DNA of 64,000 bases, from NCBI GenBank assembly GCA_026397015.1, contig JAPLVR010000004.1:6126-70125 (forward strand), read 5' to 3'. The notes beneath the pieces were generated by a model, which saw only the letters and a program-made list of their open reading frames with translations, made no database searches and had not been told where the DNA came from. How positions within the stretch are numbered: the stretch's first letter is position 1; each line of letters begins with the position of its first letter. Shown here one piece after another: positions 1-9,994 of the stretch. The DNA is from Candidatus Iainarchaeum sp. GTDB lineage: Archaea; Iainarchaeota; Iainarchaeia; Iainarchaeales; JAAZKV01. Both the position numbers and the translations under genes were made by a program.

Positions 1-746
1 AAATTTTTGTTGAACAGCAATTGTTTCAAATAACTTACCCTGTTTCGCGGCTTGACATTCATTGCCTTGTGAAGCCTTTTTTTCTTCAGAAAGTGATTGT
101 AATAGTCCACAACTTCCCTAAGTTCTTTGCCGGCCTCTTCCCGATAAAATGCATCCGCTATCGACATTTCTCCTATTTTTCTTTCCTTTATTTTTTTTAA
201 TGCCCTTGCACGTCTGGCAGGCGGCAGGTGCCTTAAAACTTTTTCCAAAATAAAGTTTCTTCCGTCTATGAGTTCTTTCTGTATTTTTGGCGGAAGCTCA
301 TTAACGCCGATTTTGCTACCATAAATTCTTTGCCTCCTTTCCGCCAAACCCGTTCTTCTCCTGATTTCTTTGACTTTTTGTGCATATTCTTCTTTTGATA
401 AAGGCATTTTCGCTTGCTCTTCAAACCGTTGAACTTCAACTTTTGTTCTTTCTTCAAGCCGTTTTCTCCACAAAGGGGATTCTCTAAAAAGAATGTAACT
501 CAAAAATCTTTGTCCGCGGTTTCTAACGGTTTTTGCGGTTGTGCCCGACTGCAAACTTCCTGTTCTAAAACTTAGTTCGGTCGGAGAAATCGTTTTTTTC
601 TTCACTCTTGTCAGAATTGCCCTTCTTTTTTCAGGGCGCACTCTGAATCTCTTTAATTCCCTGTCAAGTTCGGCCCAGTTTCCGAGGATTTTTGCTTGTG
701 CCGCCGGTCCCATTCTCTGTACAGGCTCCCTTCTTTTAACCGCCAT
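1..746 (-). CDS. Hypothetical basic protein, partial (runs off the left edge; absent from the ORF track)
   Basis: Hand translation from ATG at 746 (MAVKRREPVQRMGP...) stays open to position 1; TATA-like TTAATAAA ~30 nt upstream. Confidence 0.75.
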   Translation of the reverse strand, partial: MAVKRREPVQRMGPAAQAKILGNWAELDRELKRFRVRPEKRRAILTRVKKKTISPTELSFRTGSLQSGTTAKTVRNRGQRFLSYILFRESPLWRKRLEERTKVEVQRFEEQAKMPLSKEEYAQKVKEIRRRTGLAERRQRIYGSKIGVNELPPKIQKELIDGRNFILEKVLRHLPPARRARALKKIKERKIGEMSIADAFYREEAGKELREVVDYYNHFLKKKRLHKAMNVKPRNRVSYLKQLLFNKN

Positions 747-820
747 AGATAGATTACCTTGTTAGCCATTTATTAAGTTTTTCATTCGGGAATTCATTAC
801 GGGTCTTTGGCGATGGTTAC

Positions 821-1717
821 ATGAATTGGGTTTTCTTCGCATTGGCTGCGCCGATGGCATATGCTTTCAGCGAAATTTTGGCAAAATTTTTTCTAGAAAA
901 AAAAGTTAAAAACGGCGCCACACTCCTTTCGGCGATTTCAATTTTCCGCATAATAATGGCGGTTGCAATCCTTTTAATTGTCCCAATTTCTTTTTTTGAA
1001 ATTTCCATTTCGAGCTGGCTATTGGTAATTCTTCTTGGGTTTGCGGCATTTGCCCATTACCTGTTCCTGCTCCGCGGCATGGAAAAAGAAGACGCTTCAA
1101 CTGTTGTTGCACTTGTTTTTGTTTTCCCAGTTTTTGTCGCGCTTTTAGCAACTATTTTTTTGGGGGAGCAGCTTTCGCCGCTTAAATGGTTCGGGATGGT
1201 CGCAATTGTTGTCGGCGTCATTTTGGCATCAATAAAAAAGTTTGATAAAAAAATAATTTTTTCAAGCGTTCTCGGATTAATAATTCTCTCAGCCTTTTTT
1301 GAGGGAATAGTTGAAATTCTTGACAAGGTTTTACTTTCAGAAATGAATTTTTGGCACGTTTCGGCATTCACTTATATTTTCCTATCCCTGTTTTCATTTT
1401 CCTTTCTTTTGAAAAAAAAGAATTTCGGGGACTTCAAAAAATTTGTCGGGGATAAAAAAATTTTGGCATTTGTCGGGTTGAAAGAGCTTATTGCGATGGG
1501 CGGTTTTTTCGCATTCCTCATTGCCGCCTCGACGACTGACGTTTCAGTTGTTTCGGCGCTATTTGCCACGCAGCCATTCTTTGTTCTGGTTTTTGCAATT
1601 ATTAGCACAATATTTTTTCCCAAGTTTTTGAAGGAGTCGGTTGAAAAGAAAACGCTTTTGGTCAAAATCGTTGCAATAATTTTTATAGTAGTTGGGGCGA
1701 TAATTATTTCAGCATAG
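821..1717 (+). CDS. EamA/DMT family transporter
   Basis: 298 aa, ~10 hydrophobic segments in two repeats, DMT-like motifs (FLGEQLSPLKWFG; VSVVSALFATQPFFV). Confidence 0.85.
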   Translation: MNWVFFALAAPMAYAFSEILAKFFLEKKVKNGATLLSAISIFRIIMAVAILLIVPISFFEISISSWLLVILLGFAAFAHYLFLLRGMEKEDASTVVALVFVFPVFVALLATIFLGEQLSPLKWFGMVAIVVGVILASIKKFDKKIIFSSVLGLIILSAFFEGIVEILDKVLLSEMNFWHVSAFTYIFLSLFSFSFLLKKKNFGDFKKFVGDKKILAFVGLKELIAMGGFFAFLIAASTTDVSVVSALFATQPFFVLVFAIISTIFFPKFLKESVEKKTLLVKIVAIIFIVVGAIIISA

Positions 1718-1725
1718 GTGATGAT

Positions 1726-3012
1726 GTGCCGGCACCAAGAAAAAAGGGAAAGCTTCCAAGAAATTATATTTTAGTTGCGGCAAAAAAAGTTTTTCCGGAA
1801 ATGGTGCGGTTGAGACGCAATATTCACAGCCAGCCGGAGCTTAGTTTCAGGGAATTTAAAACAACAAGGCTTGTTTTGGGCGAATTGAAAAAATTAGGGA
1901 TAGTTGGCAGGGTGACGAAGGCAAAAACAGGAGTAATTGCAACAATAAATGGTTCTGGAAAAGGCAGAACAATTGCAATAAGGGCAGATATGGATGCGCT
2001 TCCAATTCAGGAAACTACAGGGCTTTCATTCGCCTCAAAAAGAAAAGGCGTAATGCATGCATGCGGCCATGATTCGCATATCGCAGTTTTGCTTGGTTTG
2101 GCTAAAATTTTGACGGAATATAACAGGCGACACGGTCTCCCCGGAAATATACGCCTGATATTTCAGCCAGGCGAGGAATCGGGAAGCAGAACTTATGGGC
2201 CCGGTTCTTCATTTATGGTCAATGAGGGCGCTATGAAAGGAGTTAGTGCAGTTCTTGGATTTCACTTTATATCAGAATACAAACTTGGAAGGGTTCATGT
2301 ACGAAAAGGGATAAGGGACCAAGCAATTTCCTTCATAAAATTTTCGATTTCTTCCGATGGCGGGCATGGAGCGTCAAATAGCGAAATTCCGGACATAGTT
2401 GCAATAAGTGCAAAGATTAGGGCAGATATTGATAGAATTTATAACCCGCAGAAACCCTCCAAATTAAGGGCGGTTTCGTTGCGTTGCGACCACGGCCAAG
2501 TTTCTGGCACAGACAGATTTAATGTGATGCCGACGGGCATAACACACACGCTTGCATTTAGAGCATCGGTTCCGGAAAAAGAAAGAACCAGGATTTTCAA
2601 AAAATTGCTGACAAATATCAGGGGGGCGTATTTGAAAAATGGAAAACCCTGGAAGCAAAAAGGGCTTCGTTTCAGAATAACCTCTATCGAATATGGGTTG
2701 CCCGCGACTGAAAACGACCCAAAATTAGCAGAACTTGCAAAAGAAGTTGCAAAGGAGCACCCTGATGTGAATGCAATTTATTCACGTCAAACAGTCGGCA
2801 GCGAAGATTTTTCAGGTTACACTCACAGCAAGCTTGGAAGGATTCCGGGGCTTTACATTTCAATCGGCACAAGTTCGAAGGAATTAATTAAAAGGCATGG
2901 CGGCAGAAAGCCGGACCATCATGAGTCGTCATTCGATATTGATGAGAGGGCGATGCGCATAGCCGTGTCGCTGCTTGCGGAAACATGCATAAGATATTTG
3001 AACAAAAGATAA
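1726..3012 (+). CDS. M20/M25/M40 family amidohydrolase with a basic N-terminal leader
   Basis: Motifs RRNIHSQPELS, RADMDALP, MHACGHD, FQPGEE, GSEDF, HH; GGTGA RBS. Confidence 0.9.
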   Translation: MPAPRKKGKLPRNYILVAAKKVFPEMVRLRRNIHSQPELSFREFKTTRLVLGELKKLGIVGRVTKAKTGVIATINGSGKGRTIAIRADMDALPIQETTGLSFASKRKGVMHACGHDSHIAVLLGLAKILTEYNRRHGLPGNIRLIFQPGEESGSRTYGPGSSFMVNEGAMKGVSAVLGFHFISEYKLGRVHVRKGIRDQAISFIKFSISSDGGHGASNSEIPDIVAISAKIRADIDRIYNPQKPSKLRAVSLRCDHGQVSGTDRFNVMPTGITHTLAFRASVPEKERTRIFKKLLTNIRGAYLKNGKPWKQKGLRFRITSIEYGLPATENDPKLAELAKEVAKEHPDVNAIYSRQTVGSEDFSGYTHSKLGRIPGLYISIGTSSKELIKRHGGRKPDHHESSFDIDERAMRIAVSLLAETCIRYLNKR

Positions 3013-3064
3013 TTTACGGCAAAAATTAATTTATGGTAAAAAGTCATTTGGAGTAAAAAATAAT

Positions 3065-6000
3065 TTAGTCCTCATCCCAGCTTTTGATTATTATTTTTTT
3101 GCTTTCATCCAGTCGTTTTTCCCTTTTTCCAAGTTTTTGCTTCAAAATGGCGGCAACGATGATCACCGCAATTATCGGGATAAATCCGGCAAAAGGGATG
3201 TTTTCGAATGCGCCGAGCCCCATAAGCCCCGTTCCGCCAGAAAGCGCGATTATTGCGCCGGTATATTGATTCGAATCAATCAGTTCCCTGCCCCTTAGGA
3301 GTATTTCTTTTTCATATCCGGAATCAATTCCGGTGTTGTACGCCTTCACCGCCTGCCTTTTTAACGAATCAATAGCGTCGTTCAATTCCACAGATATTTC
3401 CTGTAAAGTTCTTTCTTTTTCTTCAGTTGTTTCGCCTGAAGAATTCAAGTCAATAAGAGTTAATTCGATTTTTTTCAGCCTGCTGATTGTTATCGGCTGG
3501 ATGAATTTTGCCCTGATTAGGCTTTTCTCGTCGGCTGAAAGTTCGCCGGTAAGAAAATCGATTTTCTTTTTGCATTCTTTTATCAGTGCGACCATTTCTT
3601 TCGTAATTGTGCCAGAGTTTTTTTTGCTTTCAAGCGACGCTTTTTCAAGCATTATTTCATCATATGTTTTTTTCATTTCAATAAACTGTTTTTTTCCTTC
3701 AGAAGGGTTGATTGAAATCTTTTCGTCAAATATTTCTTTCTCCGCAAAAAACTCTTCCTTTAGAGAGTCAATTTTTGATGAAGCAACATTAATGTCTTGG
3801 ATTTCCTTCCAATATTTTTCGGCTTCAGTGGAAAGCTCTTTGTCGATTGAAAAACTTTTTTCGTTAATTATTGCCTGTGCCTTCGAAAGTTCCGCCAAGG
3901 AGTTCGAGTCCATCTTCTCTTTTGCGCTTTTAATTATGGCATTCATTTCTTCCGCCTGCTTTTTCAGCCCGAGCTGCGCCATTTCGGCGGCGGTTTCTTT
4001 CATTTCCTTCAACTGCGAATTTATCTTTTCCTTTGAAAAATAAATCAGATTGAGCTCTTCTTTTTGCTTGTTGAGTTCCGCCAACCTGGCGGTCGCCCTT
4101 TTTATCAATTCTTCGGCCTTCGGAGCAATTTCTTCGCCAAAATCAAGTTCTAAAAATTTATTGATTTCATTTGCAATTTCCTGTTCGCCGAAAAAATAAA
4201 GCTCTTCTCTGAGTTTTGCCAGCGCTTCGGAATAATAATTAAAAATATTGTTTACAATTAGGAAAACGCCGTACTCGCGCGACTCCCGCGATAAAAATTT
4301 CTGTTCCTTCAGCACAATCTTTTCGTTTATCACCTCATGATTTTTTCTTACCTTTTCTTCATCATACACTCTTGCTTCTTCAATGAAATTGTTCAGCGGA
4401 AAGGACAAAATAATCGTTCCGTTTAACTCGCCATCGAAATTGTTCGATGCCTTCACGGCATAAACAAGCTCTTCCTTTTCGTAATCTACTTTTCTTTTTT
4501 CCAGGAAAACAGTCTCAATGGAAATTATGTTGTCTGCATAAAAAAAGGCGCTTATTTTTGATTCTTTTGAAACGGTTTCAGCCGCAAAGGAAATGCTCCC
4601 CCCCGAATCCGAAAATGGAACTTCATTTTCATTTACGAGAACAATCGTTTTCGATGTGTTGACCGGCTTTTTGGTTTGTATTATTATTTTTGGAAATGTT
4701 TTTTCCGTTCGAAGTGAAATCTTTTTCTGAAAAAGGCTTTTTTCGTTTGATGCAAAAACCACTTTTATTTCTTCATCAATTTCGGTGGTTTCGGTGGAAT
4801 AAAAATCGATTTTCACGCCCCCGTTCGGAAGCAAACTGAAAAAAGCTGTGCATTCGTCATTTTCACAGGAAACGCTTTCGACACATCCGTCTTTTGAAAC
4901 AAGAGAAAAATTTTTCGCCTTGAACTTTACCTGAAATTTTTTGTTTACTGCAGAGAACGGATTTGAGATTATGAGCCTGCTGAGCGAATTGAAATCGCTG
5001 TTTGTTCTGGGCAGTTCTCCGCTGAGCACAACCAATTTCGTACTTTTTTGGGCATATTGGATAATTGAGTCTTCCAGGCGTTCGCTTTCTTCCGCAAGCG
5101 TTCTCTTGATTGACTCATTTAGCGTGTCTTTCACTGGCAGTACCTCCGTCATTTTCAATTCTCCGGCAGAAAAATATTTTTCGAGCCCCAGAACTTTTCC
5201 CTTGAGAGATTCTATGCTCTTTTCAAGTTCTTTTTCGCCTAGCAATCCCTGAACATCTTGAAGCCCTGAAAGGGTTTCCTTTAATTTGGAATAATTTTGG
5301 CCCAGTTCGCGGAGCACATAATCCCCTTTCAGGTCGTTTTCAACTTGTCTTTTTATGTTTTGGCACGCTTCATCAAAGTAAAGGATATTTTCTTTCGTGA
5401 CCTCTTCGGATTTCAGCTCGTCAAAAAGATTTTCAAGTTCCCTAAGTTCGGTTTGCTTGAATATTGCTTCGAGGTATGAGAAGCATTCGCCGGTTGAGTC
5501 AATTTTTTTTGCTTCGAGTTTTTTGTAATCGCGAAGCCCCTCATGCAGAAGTTCATAATTTTCAACCGCTTTCTTGCAGTAACCGAGTTTTTCAATTCCT
5601 TCTGTGCCGATTGTTTTTGAACAGAAGAACAAAACGTCCTTATGAAGATTTAGAAGCGAAGTGTTATTTGTTTCTACTTTTTCCTCTTTTATTTGTTTCA
5701 TCTTTTTATCGCAGGCGACGGAAAGATTTTCGGCAAATTCGGATTTTTGGAATTCCAGTTCCTGTTTTATGCCGATGAAGTTGTTTAATATTTTTTTCAT
5801 TGAGGAGGCTTCTTCTCCGAGCCGTAACGAACCAGCCGCCTTTTTTTCCCTAAGCTTAAAAAAATTCTGGTCATTTTTTTCAAAATTTTCCCTGATGCTC
5901 GCCTTGGTGCTTACCGTTCCGGAAAGAAGCTTTGAATAAAGCTCGGAATATTTTGTGATTTCTTCCAATTCCTCTAAAAGTTTTTTGCAATTTGTGCGTT

Positions 6001-6961
6001 CATTTTCCGTTTCCTTCCAAAGGTTTGCGGAAACTTTTTCAGAGTTTTCTAAATTTTTGCTAATCCTGTTCATCAGGTCGGCGAATCTTTTAAATGCCGA
6101 ATTTTCGGTTCCGCCTAAATCGGAATAAAGTTTCATGAATTCATACGCGGGGAATTGTTGGAGCGCCGAAATACTTTGTGTTGCATAAAGCCTGCTTTCG
6201 ATATAGCCAATGCCTGTTTTGTAGGTTTCGTAAATGAACGGGAACCAGGCGGTATTGCCGAGCCCCAAGTTTTTCAACAGCGTGCCCTCGGCATAATCGT
6301 ATGCGCTCAAAAAGAAGGGCTTTTTTTCCGCCAAGTTCTGGAGCCCGTTTCTTGCTCCGGAATCGTTGAAATTTTTTGCCCGTGCGAGATAATATGAAAC
6401 ATACGTGTCGCTGTTTGTTGTGCCGCCCTCTCCGTTTGCAAGTTCTGAAATTATTTGCCGCAATTCTACGAGCGACCCGAATAAGGCCTCCTCTTTTATC
6501 AATTCGATTTTTTCCTCTGAAAGAATTTTTTCTTCCTGTGCAACTATTTCAAAGCTTTTCTTCATTCCCTGGTCGAGTTCAAAGAAGGCGTTATCGAAAT
6601 AGAAGCGGAGCTGGTTTATTGAACCCGGCAAAGCGCCTGCATCACCCACGGAGCACAGGCCCGAAATATTGCTTAATTCCTCATTCGCTTTGTTGAAGTA
6701 AAACCAGCTGCGCGCAACACTGTTTTTCGTTTCATAGAGGGTTGCCTCCTGAGCGTAACCAAGGTCCGTGCTGAAAAGCGCATTCACTTTTCCATAGCAT
6801 TCCTGTTCGGTTTTGCACTTTGGCACATAAGAGTAGCTTTTGCTCGCCATCGAATAGCAAAGATTTTTTTCATTTCTTGACATTTCGTCGCAGCCGCTTA
6901 TCAGAAGGAGGGAAAAAAGCATGGCTGCGACGATTGCGAAGGTTGGTCGCGTTATTCGCAT
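3065..6961 (-). CDS. Large (1298 aa) surface/membrane coiled-coil protein with a lipobox-like N-terminus and C-terminal TM helix
   Basis: Signal-like N-terminus ending LLISGC, long E/K-rich helical body, C-terminal hydrophobic helix FIPIIAVIIVAAIL followed by a basic tail. Confidence 0.7.
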   Translation of the reverse strand: MRITRPTFAIVAAMLFSLLLISGCDEMSRNEKNLCYSMASKSYSYVPKCKTEQECYGKVNALFSTDLGYAQEATLYETKNSVARSWFYFNKANEELSNISGLCSVGDAGALPGSINQLRFYFDNAFFELDQGMKKSFEIVAQEEKILSEEKIELIKEEALFGSLVELRQIISELANGEGGTTNSDTYVSYYLARAKNFNDSGARNGLQNLAEKKPFFLSAYDYAEGTLLKNLGLGNTAWFPFIYETYKTGIGYIESRLYATQSISALQQFPAYEFMKLYSDLGGTENSAFKRFADLMNRISKNLENSEKVSANLWKETENERTNCKKLLEELEEITKYSELYSKLLSGTVSTKASIRENFEKNDQNFFKLREKKAAGSLRLGEEASSMKKILNNFIGIKQELEFQKSEFAENLSVACDKKMKQIKEEKVETNNTSLLNLHKDVLFFCSKTIGTEGIEKLGYCKKAVENYELLHEGLRDYKKLEAKKIDSTGECFSYLEAIFKQTELRELENLFDELKSEEVTKENILYFDEACQNIKRQVENDLKGDYVLRELGQNYSKLKETLSGLQDVQGLLGEKELEKSIESLKGKVLGLEKYFSAGELKMTEVLPVKDTLNESIKRTLAEESERLEDSIIQYAQKSTKLVVLSGELPRTNSDFNSLSRLIISNPFSAVNKKFQVKFKAKNFSLVSKDGCVESVSCENDECTAFFSLLPNGGVKIDFYSTETTEIDEEIKVVFASNEKSLFQKKISLRTEKTFPKIIIQTKKPVNTSKTIVLVNENEVPFSDSGGSISFAAETVSKESKISAFFYADNIISIETVFLEKRKVDYEKEELVYAVKASNNFDGELNGTIILSFPLNNFIEEARVYDEEKVRKNHEVINEKIVLKEQKFLSRESREYGVFLIVNNIFNYYSEALAKLREELYFFGEQEIANEINKFLELDFGEEIAPKAEELIKRATARLAELNKQKEELNLIYFSKEKINSQLKEMKETAAEMAQLGLKKQAEEMNAIIKSAKEKMDSNSLAELSKAQAIINEKSFSIDKELSTEAEKYWKEIQDINVASSKIDSLKEEFFAEKEIFDEKISINPSEGKKQFIEMKKTYDEIMLEKASLESKKNSGTITKEMVALIKECKKKIDFLTGELSADEKSLIRAKFIQPITISRLKKIELTLIDLNSSGETTEEKERTLQEISVELNDAIDSLKRQAVKAYNTGIDSGYEKEILLRGRELIDSNQYTGAIIALSGGTGLMGLGAFENIPFAGFIPIIAVIIVAAILKQKLGKREKRLDESKKIIIKSWDED

Positions 6962-7027
6962 AACGAAGCCTCTGCTTCCGCGGTTTAAAAAGATTTACAA
7001 AAATTCGGCGATTGACAATAAAATTAT

Positions 7028-7360
7028 TTAGCTTTTCGAGCAAATGTCAAGGAGTTCCTGTGAAGAAACATATTTATGTAAGCACTGGTTTTCGCTGCCC
7101 AGAATTTTTTTCGCGGAGAGGCAGTCTATACATATCTTCGGCTGGACTGTGCAATAATTTTCATCTAATCCACACATGAATGGAGTGACAAAATAATGCC
7201 CGATTAAAATCCCTCCTGCAAGAACTATTATTAGGAGGATAATCTTGAATGGGTTTCCAACCGCCCCTTTTGAAAGCCCCTTTGAAATTCCGCCGCCCCG
7301 CTTTCTCGAAACAGCGACGTAATCATCGTCTTCCATATCTGCCAATGACATGAGCAACAT
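7028..7360 (-). CDS. Small membrane protein, single TM with a Cys-rich extracellular part
   Basis: Hydrophobic stretch IILLIIVLAGGILIG followed by several Cys residues. Confidence 0.6.
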   Translation of the reverse strand: MLLMSLADMEDDDYVAVSRKRGGGISKGLSKGAVGNPFKIILLIIVLAGGILIGHYFVTPFMCGLDENYCTVQPKICIDCLSAKKILGSENQCLHKYVSSQELLDICSKS

Positions 7361-7653
7361 AAGGGTTTTTGTTCCTTAAAAACATTTGCGAGCAGAAATT
7401 TTTTTTAAAATTCAAATTTTTTTAAACTTTATTTTCGAATTTAAAAATTTTTTTTTAGCGGAGCAAAAGATTTCGGAAAAAAACAACAGTTATACATAAC
7501 TAATTTTTTTGGGTTTTTTTTGTTTTTTTGAACGATTGGGATAAACCGGAGGTCTACATAAGGGTTTTTGTCCGAAAGGGGGTTAGAAAAGCGCTGGGGA
7601 AATATTTATAAGCAAGTTAGACATTTTTATTATTGTTAGATTTTTAACGAGGG

Positions 7654-7938
7654 GTGCAAATGTACAAATACACAATCGCGAGGCAGCTTGCGACTAAGCG
7701 AGTAATAACCAACAGAGGGGATGAAGTTGGAAAACTTTCCGATTTCATAGTTAACGAGACCACTGGGGACATAGAGTCTTTGGTTGTCGAAGTTGACAGG
7801 AACTCCAAGGTTATAGCGAGGCTTGGAACAAAGGACAAGGTAATGGAAATCCCATACTCTGCAGTCACAGCAGTAAGCGATGTTTTTATTGTTGACGAGA
7901 GAGAAATCATAGATTCGGGAAGCGGCCCAGCTGAATAA
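7654..7938 (+). CDS. PRC-barrel domain protein
   Basis: KRVITNRGDEVGKL.DFIVNETTGDIESLVV ... IPYSAVTAVSDVFIV is the archaeal PRC-barrel pattern; GGGGTG RBS. Confidence 0.85.
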   Translation: MQMYKYTIARQLATKRVITNRGDEVGKLSDFIVNETTGDIESLVVEVDRNSKVIARLGTKDKVMEIPYSAVTAVSDVFIVDEREIIDSGSGPAE

Positions 7939-9051
7939 TTATTTTAGTTTCAGCAGCAGTTTTCCGTTCTTGAGGTCGATTTCCTCAAGAACGTCGTCTA
8001 TGGCGTTGATTTTTTCCTTTATCTCCTTTGCCACCAAGTTCTTTGCCTTAGCCTTTTGAACCGCAGAAATTATTTCGCTTATTTTTTTGTAGTTCAAGTA
8101 AATTTTTTCTCCCTTCTTCTGGAGTTCTTTTTCTTCTTCGATTAACCTTTCAATCTCATTTTTTTTCGCTTCAATCGCCTTCTCCGCAGGCATCGGGTTG
8201 AATTCCTTTTCCTTCTGTTCACCCTTCTTTTGTGCTTCCCCAAAAAGACTTTTCACCAGCAGGCTATTGAGCGCGGAATTAATGCTTTCAAAGACTATTT
8301 CCTTTTCCAGCCCGATTTCAGCCGAATAAATCACTTTTTTGTTCAGGAACGCCCCGCATTCTTTTTCCGAATAAATTTTTTTCACCTCTTCAAGCACTTT
8401 TTTTGTTTCCTTTTCTTCCGCTTCGGCCGCATTTTTCTTTTTATCAAACCCGTTTTTTTCGAAAACGAATTCGATTATTGCCGGCGCGGCATTTAGCAAA
8501 TCGACTGTTGCCCCGAAAAAAGTTTTCCTGTTTGACTTTAATTTTTCGAAGAAATCCTTTTCATTTTCCTCCAAAGGGTTTGCTCCGCGCGAGCTTGGCG
8601 GCCTGTAAATCTCGTCCTTCTCAAGCTTCCTGTCCTTCCACTCTTCCTTCCACCTCGCCTTTATTATTTTCATTTCCCTGTCGCACAAAATAATATTCCC
8701 CTTTGCAAACAGTTCTAGGACAAGAAAATGTTCCGGAAACTCGAGCACGACAATCCTGTCAACCCCTTTCTGCGTTATTGAAACAACTCTTTGGTTGAAG
8801 AGATATTTTTTCAAAAGAGAAGGGTAGCCGGAAGGTTGCATCCTTGCTGGAATCGAATACTCTGAAATGAAAAACGAATTCGGGGAAATGACCAGGTCTT
8901 TGCCCCCGTTTTTCGTGTGAACCTTCATTTTTATCCAGTGGTTTTCCAGCACCTGAACCTTGTTCACAAAACCATTGACCAGAACCTGAAGCTCTTCAAC
9001 AAGATGCTTCAGAGCAAGGTTGCTCAGCGAAATTTCTTCCATAACATTCAA
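7939..9051 (-). CDS. NFACT-N / Rqc2 (RqcH)-like protein, N-terminal module only
   Basis: SLLKKYLFNQRVVSITQKGVDRIVVLEF, LVLELFAKGNIILCD, RKLEKDEIYRPP; 370 aa with no NFACT-R domain. Confidence 0.8.
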   Translation of the reverse strand: MNVMEEISLSNLALKHLVEELQVLVNGFVNKVQVLENHWIKMKVHTKNGGKDLVISPNSFFISEYSIPARMQPSGYPSLLKKYLFNQRVVSITQKGVDRIVVLEFPEHFLVLELFAKGNIILCDREMKIIKARWKEEWKDRKLEKDEIYRPPSSRGANPLEENEKDFFEKLKSNRKTFFGATVDLLNAAPAIIEFVFEKNGFDKKKNAAEAEEKETKKVLEEVKKIYSEKECGAFLNKKVIYSAEIGLEKEIVFESINSALNSLLVKSLFGEAQKKGEQKEKEFNPMPAEKAIEAKKNEIERLIEEEKELQKKGEKIYLNYKKISEIISAVQKAKAKNLVAKEIKEKINAIDDVLEEIDLKNGKLLLKLK

Positions 9052-9140
9052 CTTTAAAAAAGAATTAGGTTAAGCGGGAATAAAAGAGTATTGATTTTTC
9101 GGAAGAAACATTTATTAACCTAAGAAAAGAAGAATTTGTA

Positions 9141-9950
9141 ATGGCGGAAAAGATGGGTGCGCGCAAAGAAATCAAAAAAAAGTCGAAAGAAATTTTTTCG
9201 AGCAGGTGGTATCCTGAGGGATTCAAGTCGCTTGCAAAAGAGGCAGGCGTTGTCGAAAGTTATTCGAAAAAAATTTCAAAATATCAGGGGGTGCCGGTCG
9301 TGGTTGTCGGCAATGAAAGAACGGGCGTCCCTTACACTTGGACTATTGACGACTGGCAGGAGCAGGCGAAAAAGCAGCTTTCGAACGAGCAATTTCAAAA
9401 GTTTATGGTTGATTTCAGGAAAGAAAGAATGCGGTTGAAGGAAGATTTGGCGGCGGCTCACAGCGCATCCCAAAAATGGATGGATGCCGGATTATTGAAG
9501 AGCATGGTTCTTGTCGTATCGCGCCGCTTTCCATCATCGGGCGACAGCGAAATAACAGGTTTGGAGTGGCGCAATTTTGAGCGCGAAAGAAAAGCTTTGT
9601 TTAAGCGGAACCCTACTTTCATAATCGTTGACGCATCGCACATGAAAAGTAAATCTGACCCCAGGGCATTTAGATATCTTTCCCGGAACTTTGAGGCATT
9701 GAAAAAAGAATTTCACTATCTGTATCCCAGGCGTTTTATCAGGACTAGGACAAAAAAAAGGATGATACTTCTTAATCCGACTTCAAGGCGGAACAAGTTG
9801 CCGGCGTGGCATGACGATGATGAGTTAATTGTCGGCATCAGTCCGTGGATTAAAAAAAGCAGAAACAAATTGGATGGGTCAATTGAGTTGCACAATCAGC
9901 GCGCCAGAAGGATTGTAAGGAGAGAGGCGCGCAGAATGAGGGGCGCATGA
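9141..9950 (+). CDS. Hypothetical basic protein
   Basis: 269 aa ORF, own TATA (TTTATTAA ~9113), K/R-rich ends; no family recognised. Confidence 0.65.
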   Translation: MAEKMGARKEIKKKSKEIFSSRWYPEGFKSLAKEAGVVESYSKKISKYQGVPVVVVGNERTGVPYTWTIDDWQEQAKKQLSNEQFQKFMVDFRKERMRLKEDLAAAHSASQKWMDAGLLKSMVLVVSRRFPSSGDSEITGLEWRNFERERKALFKRNPTFIIVDASHMKSKSDPRAFRYLSRNFEALKKEFHYLYPRRFIRTRTKKRMILLNPTSRRNKLPAWHDDDELIVGISPWIKKSRNKLDGSIELHNQRARRIVRREARRMRGA

Positions 9951-9954
9951 AACG

Positions 9955-9984
9955 GTGCGGCGCAACTGCACACCACTTTTTTTT
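9955..9984 (+). terminator. GC hairpin plus U-tract between convergent genes
   Basis: GTGCGG-CGCAA-CTGCAC stem-loop followed by ACCAC and 8 T, 4 nt after the stop of 9141..9950. Confidence 0.5.
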
Positions 9985-9994
9985 GTCCAAATAA

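Noticed and set aside
3084-5939. Long antisense ORFs (e.g. 3333..4043; similarly 21284..22000, 22935..23663, 44439..45074)
   Set aside because: Ser/Phe-rich shadows of E/K-rich genes on the opposite strand, with no recognisable motifs.
7380-7650. AT-rich tract as a replication origin
   Set aside because: No ORB-like repeats and no cdc6/orc1 nearby; consistent with divergent promoter DNA.
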